Source: Cercozoa sp. M6MM (lineage: Eukaryota > Protista > Endomyxa: Ascetosporea). Taken from it: 37,364 nucleotides of DNA. The position numbers and the translations under genes were made by a program. This document shows positions 1-9,484 of this stretch, piece after piece. Positions within the stretch are counted from its first letter, which is position 1; each line of letters opens with the position of its first letter. Location of the stretch: NCBI GenBank assembly GCA_040357565.1, contig JBDODJ010000110.1. The stretch is one strand, 5' to 3'. The notes below the pieces were generated by a model. The model was not told the origin of the DNA. It searched no databases and saw only the letters and a program-made list of their open reading frames with translations.

Positions 1-10
1 CCCCCCCCAG

Positions 11-1772
11 TTGCCTTCTGGCTGGGCCCGTTGTTCGAGCAGCACATGGCGTCGCTGTGGCCGCAACTCGAGCAGGCACTGCAGCAGTATGAGGTACCTT
101 ACCCCCCCCTCCTACCCCCTCCCTTACCCCTTACCCCCCCTGCCCCTTACCCTAGGAGCCGTACCTACTGCGAGCGGCGGCAGGCGCCATCAGCGACATT
201 GCGTGCGCTCTGCAGGGTCCGCGTCTGCAGCCCTACGTGCACAAGATGATGGTACCATTGAGGGGTCGGGGGGGGGGTATAAAGGGGGTAGAGCGGGGGT
301 ATATGGGGGATAGAGGGGGGTAAAACAGGGGGGTAAACTGTAGGACCTGCTGCACCACGCCTTGACGAGCGAGTTCGTCGACACGGCCACGCTGCCGCAT
401 ATCGTAGTTTTACCCCCCTCTTTACCCCCCTCTTTACCCCCCTCTTTACCCCCCTGCTAACCCCCCCCCCCCATAGGTCGGCACAGTGACACAGATCGCC
501 ATTGAGTNNNNNNNNNNNNNNNNNNNNNNNNNNNNNNNNNNNNNNNNNNNNNNNNNNNNNNNNNNNNNNNNNNNNNNNNNNNNNNNNNNNNNNNNNNNNN
601 NNNNNNNCCCCCTCTTTACCCCCCTCTTTACCCCCCTGCTAACCCCCCCCCCCCATAGGTCGGCACAGTGACACAGATCGCCATTGAGTTGGGTACACGT
701 TTGTTAAAGGGGTGTCTTGTTCTAGGGGTGTCTAGGGGAGTAGTATTTAGGGGTCCAATTAAGGGGGTGTCAGGGAGTATTTAAGGGCGTGATATAGGGC
801 CGGCTTTCGAGGCCTACTTGTCGCATGCCGTTATTGCGTTGGGCAACGTCATGCGACGCTGCATGGAGCAGGCACTTGCTTCTTACCCCCCTTACCCCCT
901 TACCCCCTTACCCCCCTTACCCCCCCCCCCCCCCTGCAGGTGCAAGAGCTGACACTGGACGCGCTGGACACGTTGAACCACCTGCGCGAGTCGGTGCTGG
1001 CCTTCTACTCGGCGGCACTGCAGGGCCTCGACAAGGAACACAAGGGCTTCATGTTCACTAGGGTACCCCCTTAACCACCTACCCCCCTTAACCACCTACC
1101 CCTTAACCACCTACCCCCTTAACCACCCGCCCTCTTAACCCCACCCTGCCCTACCCCCTTAACCAACCCCCACAGTACATGGCGGACGTGATGAATTTGC
1201 TCGGCGTCGTTGCTGCCAGTGGCACTTTGGATGCGAAGGTAGTTTCACTCCCTCACCCCCACCCCCTTAACACTGCCTGTCCCCCTCAAACTCCTGCCCC
1301 TTAACCCCCTTAACCCTGCCCCCTTAACCCTCTTAACCCTGCCCCCTGTCCCTCAGGTGGTGTGTGCGGCCTGCGATTTGATCACGGACATTTTCCGCGT
1401 CTACGCCGGCAATCAGCAGGTGCTGGAGCGAGTGCTGTCGGTTCCCACCGTCACCAACATCGTGCGACGTGCCATTAGTAACCTATGCTTTATCCCCCCT
1501 CCCCTGTCGCCCTTGATCCCCTTCCCACAGACACGAACGACGAGCGCACCTCACAGAAGGCACTGGAGGCCAACCGGGTACTTTACCTCCCTGGCACACC
1601 ACACCCCTCCTCCCTATACCCCCCTCCTGAATAGGCAATGGCAGAGGCAGGCTACCACATCGATCTGGGCGCTGGTGGCAACGTCAACACCTTCCAGCAG
1701 CAGCAACCGCACCTCTTCTCTGCTGCACAGCAACAGCAGCAGCAGCAACAGCAGCCGCACATGATGCACTAG
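11..1772 (+). CDS. KPNB1: Importin subunit beta-1 (karyopherin beta), C-terminal multi-exon part; 5' end lies outside the window
   Basis: Spliced exons read ...AGAISDIACAL...LPHIVGTVTQIAIELGPAFEAYL...LDTLNHLRESVLAFYSAALQGL...VVCAACDLITDI..., matching the C-terminal HEAT repeats of importin-beta (cf. LNELRESCLEAYTGIVQGL). Ends with a polyQ tail and TAG at 1770-1772. Confidence 0.85.
94..1634. repeat. C-rich or G-rich simple-repeat introns of the importin-beta gene (TTACCCC / CCCCTTAA cores)
   Basis: Examples: tandem ACCCCCTTAACCACCT-type units in intron 1063-1175; TTTACCCCCCTC units in intron 404-476; G-rich introns at 252-343 and about 693-798. Confidence 0.9.
508..607. other. Scaffold gap (100 N) with duplicated flanking sequence
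   Basis: N run; about 426-507 is repeated at 608-688. Confidence 0.95.
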
Positions 1773-1871
1773 CATCTAAGGGCCTCTATTCCTTTTAGTT
1801 TTTTGTTTTTTAGTATTCGTACATTACTACTCAGACTGGAAATTTTACTCGGATCATTCGGGACGGGTGAG

Positions 1872-3714
1872 TCAACTTCCGCGCGAAAGCACAAAATGAG
1901 ACCATGAGGTTTCTAGAATTCCACGACTCGGATCACACAGGTCCAGACTGCCAATCGGCATCAGGAGTCTCCGCACGCACAGTGAGACGCGCTTGCGCTG
2001 TTTGAACGCGTTCCAGGTTTCAAGCGACATTTTGGCGAACGCTTGCGACTCGAAAACGACTTCGCACAATTCTCCGGAGCTCTGGAGTTGCAAAACCGCA
2101 CTTTCACCAGTCAGCGTTGAAACAAGGCGAAACTAACATACCCTTAAACCGAGAAACCCGCCCATCGACTTGCAGAAGGCAGCAAGGTCGTCGTACACTT
2201 TGGCTCGCGCGTGCGGCGACAGCGATGGCACGCGAAACGCCAGCAGTCGCTCAACAGGAGCAAAAGCGACGTGAGGCCTCAGTTCCACCGGCCACTCCGA
2301 CTCGGGTACTCGCTGCAGTACCGACGTCTCTTCGGCGTACCTCGGATGCAGCACCACGAACACCCTGCACAGCAAGGCAAACAAAAGAAGAAATAAATGA
2401 AAGCTATGGAATGGAGAAAAAGAAAACCCATACGCATTCAACGTGATACTCGCGAGCAGGTGAAGAATGATAGGAGTTGTATCATTTTGGCACGCGTCGC
2501 AATGGTGGTGCAACACGTGCCTCTGGATGACTGAAGCAACGGCGCGAGTGTCCACAGTCACGTCACGTGGCTTGAGATTGAGCGACTCCGGGCGCACAAA
2601 AAACACGCACCGTCGATACTGTTCGAATTGGTCTGCGGGTTTAGGCTGCGCAAAGCTGCTGTTTTGAGTATCACAGCGTCGGGGAAAGTTGCTTTGCTCG
2701 CGAACGCTCTGTTCAGGAAAGCTTTGCTTGCGAGAGCTGCTGTTTCTGGGAACGGTTTCGTTTCGAGGTCGTTGTTCGTGAAGGCTCTGCTCGCGAAAAC
2801 TTCGTTGACTGGGCTCGCGAAAACTTCGTTCACTGGCGGAGCTTCGTTCACTTAGCTCGCGAGCGCGTTGTTTGGAAAAGCTATGGTCGGGGAAGTTTTG
2901 GTCGGGAATGCTGTGGTCGGGAAAGCGATTTCGCGACTTTTGCGGTTCGGGCGACCCGTGCAGCGTGACGTCGTCGCTTCGACTGTCACTGGGAGCTCGT
3001 GACAGGCCAAAGATGGCGTCAAAGGCGTTTTGCGGAGTCAACGAGATGTCTTCCGTGCTTTTGATACTGTCAAGTGACTTTGGCGCCTGCTGCGGCAGCA
3101 TCGGAGGCGATGAGATCTGACCTGACTGTCTGAGAGAGCTTCGGTGATGCTGGTGTGCGGGTGAGCGCGAACGAGGACGAGACAGCGACTGTGACTGTGC
3201 CTGAGATTCTTTGCGCAGCTTGTGCATTCGAGTGCCTCGCTCACGCATCTCTTGGTCCGTGAGTCGACTCTTGGCGATATACTTCGGCGGCAGCACTCCT
3301 TGCACCATGCGGATGCGCTCACTGTCGCGTGCTTTCTCGTGTCCTTGCAGCAGAAACAACGCATTCGCACGATGTCGACTATTCTCTGGGTTCAGTAGGG
3401 TCTACAAAAATAACATGCACACGTCATACACGTTTACTCAGTCAATGAATTCAAAACTACCGGACGATCTGAGCCGTCAAGGTCGAACTTGTCCCAGTGA
3501 TCGCGAAGTAACTGTGTGTGTACCATTAGAACACAGGTCTGACTCCAGCTAAACGGATCCTACCACTAAACGCAGATCTGAGACTTTACTGCCCTCGGGC
3601 AGCTCAACCTCTAACGGCGTTTCTTGCTCGCTAAATCGCGACGACCGGTGACACACCACACACAAAAAAACACAAAATAAGCTACCTATTCTTGGCGTCT
3701 ACTTTAACTAACAT
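1872..3714 (-). CDS. Hypothetical multi-exon protein: ubiquitin-like N-terminus, S/R/Q-rich disordered middle, RRM-like C-terminus
   Basis: GT-AG splicing gives MLVKVDAKNSEQETPLEVELPEGSKVSDLRLVLLRDHWDKF..., joins ORF 2133-3359 and ends ...VRFLQLQSSGELCEVVFESQAFAKMSLETWNAF...SRGS*. The domain calls are pattern-based only. Confidence 0.6.
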
Positions 3715-3967
3715 AGAAACAATACCCAAAAAACCAAGTGTTTTAAGCCTGATTCGAGTGAAGATGATAATAACAGGCCTTTTTGAAACAGAACAGTCAC
3801 AACAGCGCTCCGGCTGAAATGGCGGCTAACGCCCTACAGAAGAATTACATTGCCCTCCAGTGTACGATTAGACTCACATTGGGTGCGTTCGGGTGCTTAA
3901 TACACAGGGGTGAACCAGAAGCGAATTTCTGTCTTTTGTATCTTCGATTTGTGTTTTGAAGAAACGC

Positions 3968-4648
3968 ATGCCTCGCTCACGCTCGCGCTCGCGTCACCGC
4001 ACGCGCAGAAGGAGTCCAAGTCGTTCTCGCAGTCGGAGCAGACGGCGTGAGCGTGACTCGCGTCGTCGGCGCCGCTCGTGGGATCGCAGTCGTTCGCGAG
4101 ATCGCAGTCGCTCGCGCGAAGCAGCTTCGTCCAGATCGAAAACGAAAGCTTCATCGTCAAAAGCCGTCGAAACAGGAAGTGCACCGACCGGAAAAGCGAA
4201 GAAAAGCAAGAAGCGCGGCAAGAAGCCGGTGTTCGGCACGGGCGGACTGTCGTCAGTGGCCGACTTGACTCGCGACATGAGTGAAGCCGAGCGTGCCAAC
4301 TTTTTGGCGAAGCGTATCGCCATGCGTCAGTCGGCCAAGGTCGCTGCGCGCAGTCAACCGCAAGGCGACGAACAGCTGGATCACGACGACTCGATGCTCA
4401 CGGACGCCGAGATGATGCAGGTGCTCGGCATTCCGCTCAACTTTGGCTCCACCAAGGTACAATCCTTCTGCTTTCTGACAAAGCTTTCTGACAAAGCCTG
4501 ATTGTTTTAGAACAAGCACGTTGAAGACGAACGCTGCAATTTGAGTGGCGCGCGACTCCCGAGCAAGCGACGCTTCCGTCAGTACATGCACACGCGCATG
4601 AAGTCCGGTCCCGATGTGCTCAAGTTCCGCAACGCCGGCGGCAGCTAA
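3968..4648 (+). CDS. SNRNP27: U4/U6.U5 tri-snRNP 27 kDa protein (exons 3968-4456 and 4511-4648)
   Basis: RS-rich N-terminus followed by EMMQVLGIPLNFGSTK|NKHVED...SKRRFRQYMH, matching the SNRNP27 C-terminal motif (MMKLMGF..FDSTK.K.V...KRKYRQYMNR). Confidence 0.9.
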
Positions 4649-4853
4649 ATCCCTACTGGCTACCACTTCTCTCGTCTACCATTCGCTTAGTATGTTTCTG
4701 CCCTTTGTTTTAGTAGCAGGACGCTCAAAAGGGCACTCAAAAGTAATGCAGTCCGGTGTCCTGAGTCGATTTCGGTTAAAGCTGCGGCTTGATTGAAAAA
4801 CGTTTGACGAGACTCGCTCTGGACCGGTGGAGGCGCTTGTGCGGCGCTGGCGC

Positions 4854-6712
4854 ATGCTCGGGGAGGAACGTAATCTGATCGAGGCGTCCCCGCTCCTAAT
4901 TAAATCGGATGACGGGGATGAGATTTCTGAACCAAACAATGATGGTGTTGTTTTAACCGACGACATCCGCGCGGACAGAAATCGCCGTCATTTGTTGCGT
5001 TTCTTAGCCTTGGTCTCCGCAGTGACGAGCCTTGTGTTGATACTGCTGTCGAAAGACAGGTATGGCACTCCACTGGCCCAGCGACTCGGTCTGTGGACGT
5101 TTTTGTTCTTCACGCGCTTCTTTGGTAGAACGGAATGTTCAGGCTTTGTCAGTTGTGCTTTTGCTTTGCTGTGTGATCATGTTGTGCAATGTCGCAGGCG
5201 ATCGGTTTCGAGATCCACACGTACTGCACCCTGCGTACGAAAGTGACGTCAATGCTCGCCTGTTTGTTGTCACAATGGATTATCACCCAAAAGGTTCACT
5301 TGGGTACGTTGTGCTTTCAACTGTTTGTCTCTCCTGATCGACTGTCGTGTGTTGCAGAAATGAAGAAGAAACCAAAAAATTGAGTGCCTTTACGGCTGGG
5401 GCACGAGTTTCATATGCAAGGTAATATTATGCTGCTTGGTTTTTCATGTATGATTTGCTTCTTGCACAGAGTACATGGACATGTGACGGGCGACTGTGCA
5501 CGCCCAAGTACAGTCAAGACTGCACTCGCGGATGCGTTGGATGTGAACGTCACCGACGTTTCGTTTGACTTCAGTTTCGACCCTTCACTTGGGTACACTA
5601 TTCGTGTCTTCGAGCACAAATCAAGTTTTTGTTCATTGTGCAGGCATATGAACAAGGTTGTGTGCTTGCTGTCTGTGATGAAGCCTCTGATTGGCTCTGA
5701 TGGTATCTTTTGTTGCGTGGATGTTTGAGATTAGGTCATCACTTGTGTATTTGCAGTGAGGTGGCTCCAATGGTTGGACACGGATTTACTTTTGGCAAAC
5801 CCGGTGTTCGATTTGCGACAGGTGACTTGAACTTCACTTTCAATGTTTTTGTTGACCCTTTTTATTTGTGTCTTTAGTATCTTCCGTCGGAAGAAGCTCA
5901 ATTAAACGCGAGAGTCGACAAGAACGTTGTGCTGGCTGCTGATCGAAATGGACTAAAGTACTCTTTGCTTTTGTGTTTTCGTTTTAGTTCTAATTGTGTT
6001 AATTCAGCTCGGGTGTTGCGTTCTACAAGGTGTCAGACTCAACGGTGCGTTTTTTGGAACGGTGGCTTGCAAAAGGCACAGAAGGACGGTTTCTTAATAT
6101 GGGCAGGTGTGTTGGAATTTTATTTTTGCTTGCTGTTGACTTCCTTTGATTGTACCTTTATTCTCACAGGGACCAGCCACCGCTCATCTCGCTGTGGAAC
6201 GAAGCTTTAGGCGAACAGGACCGCGAAAGCTGCCGTGTTGAGCAAGGCGAGCATTGTCTGAAGTTCGACAATGACTGCAGTTGCGTCCCGTCACATGTAG
6301 CCCCGTCATTGATTTCCTTTGCTTGCAATCGAATATGATCGTACCTGAACGTGAACAGAGACAAGGACAAAGTGTCTCCCGCCGCAGTCCTCTGCGACTT
6401 GTCGAATTCGACGCCAGTGGCGTGCTGTTGCAGAGCGACGAACAACGCCTTCCGGGTGTGCAAGTTGTTCCGCAGTTTTGGTTCAACGCGTTCGTTGGAC
6501 TTGTTCCTGGTCGCGAAGACGCGCACTCGCGATAGTAGGCTTTCTTTCTGCACCTGAACGGAAGCCCTTAAACTTGAGATGTTTTGCTGCTCGTGTGCAG
6601 TGTGCTCGGCGACCCAATCGCTCACCTGGCCGGCTATCAGAGTGCGGTTAAGCGACAGATGCTGCTCGACTACTACGAGCGACATAAGCGCTGGTTGTTG
6701 CCGCCATATTAA
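4854..6712 (+). CDS. Type II membrane glycosyltransferase, GT34 (MNN10/GMA12-like), multi-exon
   Basis: N-terminal TM (LLRFLALVSAVTSLVLILL); spliced motifs WLDTDLLLANP (DxD), DRNGLNSGVAFYK, RDQPPL, VVPQFWFNAF and GDPIAHLAG, then TAA at 6710-6712. Start codon uncertain. Confidence 0.8.
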
Positions 6713-7079
6713 TTCACGTGCGCCGCGACTCGTCGCGTGAAGCTCACTGTAAGTCAAAAAATCAATTGGAGTGCAGGCGAGTTGTAATAAACCACGTCTC
6801 AAGTGCAAAACCTTGCACTGTGAGATCGGGGGCATGCGGGCATGACATGCCAAGCGTTTCGCTGCGCAAGATCTGGGTCGTTTTCTTGTGGCCATGTCAA
6901 TGAACCGTGCTTTGGTGGGGTCGATCAAACTCGTGAGGCGTTCGCTCGTATCGCTCACGCGCATAGTCGAACCAGTGCGCAACTCTATTGTGATAGTGAG
7001 CCCACTTGAAGTCGCAAGAAACACCACATTTTTGGCTTTTCCTGGGTTTGTGCGATAGCAGCCTAGCAGTCGAACAATA

Positions 7080-7886
7080 ATGTCAAGTGAACAAATGAGC
7101 TCATCATCAACCGATTCGTTGCCCGATGTCGACCTTTCGGGTGCGTCACGTGATTTGTTGTGTGTTTTGCTTTTTGGTATTTTGTGAGTTTTTGGTTTTG
7201 TTCGTCCGGCAGATACGAACATTGTGACGCGCTACAAGATGGCCGGCGATATTGCCAACAAGGTATCCTTTTCTGTGCTGTATCCTCGCGTGACTCAATT
7301 TTCTTAGGCCCTGGAGTTCGCCATCGCGCGATGCGTGGCAGGTACTTTGTATCTTGCGAACTGTGCCGCCCGATCTATGAGTTACACTTGCTTAGGCGCC
7401 GCTGTGAGCGAGATCTGCGCTAGCACGGACAACTACATCCGCGAGCAGGTCAGTTTTCGTCATCTGGATTTGCTGTTCTCGCAACACGCGATTTGTGCAG
7501 TGTGCCACGGTGTTTACCAAGAACAAGACGATGCAGAAGGGAATTTCGTTCCCCACGGTACAGTTTTGAGAGTACAGGCATATTTTGAAAGAGTTTTTCG
7601 TGAGTTTTGTTTGTTTAACAGTGTGTGTCGGTGAACTCGTGTTTGGGTCACTTTGCCGCCGTTGAGCCGGTGCGTTTCACGTTGGCCGAGGGACAAATGT
7701 ACGGCTTAATCTGTCCTTGTGTACCGAGTGTACCTATGTGTAAGCCGATACAGGGCCAAGATTGATCTGGGCGTTCATATCGATGGCTACGCTGCCGTTG
7801 CGGCGCACACTGTCGTCATCGGCCGCGAGCCAACCGAGCGCGAGGCTGATGTAAGTTTAAATAGCCTGTCTTGCTCCCTTCTCTCT

Positions 7887-7925
<39 letters not shown>

Positions 7926-9158
7926 NNNNNNNNNNNNNNNNNNNNNNNNNNNNNNNNNNNNNNNNNNNNNNNNNNNNNNNNNNNNNNNNNNNNNNNNNNN
8001 NNNNNNNNNNNNNNNNNNNNNNNNNCAGGTGATGTCGGCATGTGCAACGGCAGTGGAGCTGGCGAAGCGACTGATCCGACCGGGCAAGAGCAACGCCGAG
8101 GTGACAGCCATCTTCGAAAAGACGGCCAAACAATTCGCGTGCGAGGTCGGTCTTGTTTTGCTGTTGTCAGTGTCCGCGCGGACACATCGCTCTCTTTTGT
8201 AGCCAATGGCCGGTGTGCTGTCGCACGAAATGACGCGCTTCGTGCTGGACGGCGAGAAGTGCGTTTTACCCCGTCACCCCTTTACCCCTCTGTTACCCCC
8301 CCCCCCCCCCGGTAGGTGCATCCTGTCGCGTCAGGACCCACATGAGCACATCAAGGACGCCACCTTCACGCCGGGCACTGTACTTGGCCCCTTTACCCCC
8401 CCCCCCCGGTGGGCCCCCCCCCCCCCCCTGCAGGTCTGGGCCGTCGACATGGTCATGAGCAGCAGCTCGGGTCGTGCCAAGCAGCTCACGCAATTTGTCT
8501 CTGTGTATCTTGCCTCCTTTAATTTGTAGCCACCTGTCCGTATGTCAGTACAAATGGACAGGTTCAAGCGTACCGATCGCGATGCGAATTTGAAGATTAA
8601 GGCGTCGCGCTCGATTCTCGCCGAAATCGATCGTCGCTTTCCGCACTTCCCGTTCTGCGTGCGCGATGTAGTTTTACCCTCTCCTCTTCCTATCCCTACC
8701 CTTTGTTTACCCTACCCCATCCCTACCCTCTGTTTACCCCCCCCCCCCAGCTGCCGAGAGACGCGCACGCGCAGATGGGACTGTCGCACTGTGTGCGCGC
8801 CGGTCTGGTGGAGAAGTTCCCGATCCTGCACGAGATGGACGACAGCGCCAAGGTGGCGCACTTCAAGTGCACCGTTCTCGTGACCGAGAATGGCACCGTG
8901 CCCATCTCGGGCCTGCCTGTCGACCTGGCTGTACACCTCTCTTTATCTTGCCCTTATACTTACCCCTCCTCCTCCCGACAGGGCCTGCAGGAGAAGGCGC
9001 AGCACAAGCTGGAGGACGAAGAGCTGCAGCAACTGCTCGCCATGTCGGTACGCTAACTACCCCCTACCCACACCCCTTTACCCTCCCCCCCCCCCCAGGT
9101 CGGCAAGAAGAAGAAGAAGCGTCGTGCGAAGAAGAAGGCTGCCGCTGCCAAGAACTAA
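7080..9158 (+). CDS. PA2G4: Proliferation-associated protein 2G4 / Ebp1 (inactive MetAP2 fold), multi-exon
   Basis: Spliced VTRYKMAGDIANK, KGISFPTCVSVNSCLGHF, AKIDLGVHIDGYAAVAAHT, GVLSHEM, LKIKASR, VAHFKCTVLV and a Lys-rich tail KKKKKRRAKKKAAAAKN*. Confidence 0.95.
7889..8025. repeat. Intronic poly-G tract running into a 100-N gap (7926-8025)
   Basis: G run 7889-7925 followed by Ns. Confidence 0.9.
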
Positions 9159-9484
9159 AAAGTCAGACTTCTCCCCGGCGGACTCTTTAGTCTGAAATTG
9201 TGATCATCTTCATCTTGTGTACACATACCTACGCTACTGCGACGAGATACCGTACTGTATCTATAGTAGAGATAGTTAGCTTCAGTCTTCTCAGAATTCG
9301 CGTCGAACGGGTATCGAATGTACCGTACGTGGCGTAGCGGAGACGGATAGTCTTACCCACCCCAGGACTGGTACACGAAACTGCATAGTTGGTTTCAAGT
9401 AGAGATAGAACTAAATGGGTCCGGCGCGAGGGGTTGGGGTGGTACGTAAAGGGGAGTATAGGAACCGATTTAAAGTCGCGATCT

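Noticed and set aside
426-688. Apparent tandem duplication of an intron end plus exon (VGTVTQIAIE)
   Set aside because: The copies are near-identical and sit on either side of a 100-N gap, which points to an unmerged contig overlap.
9320-9400. tRNA gene
   Set aside because: An A-box-like motif is present, but there is no GTTCRA T-loop and no acceptor stem.
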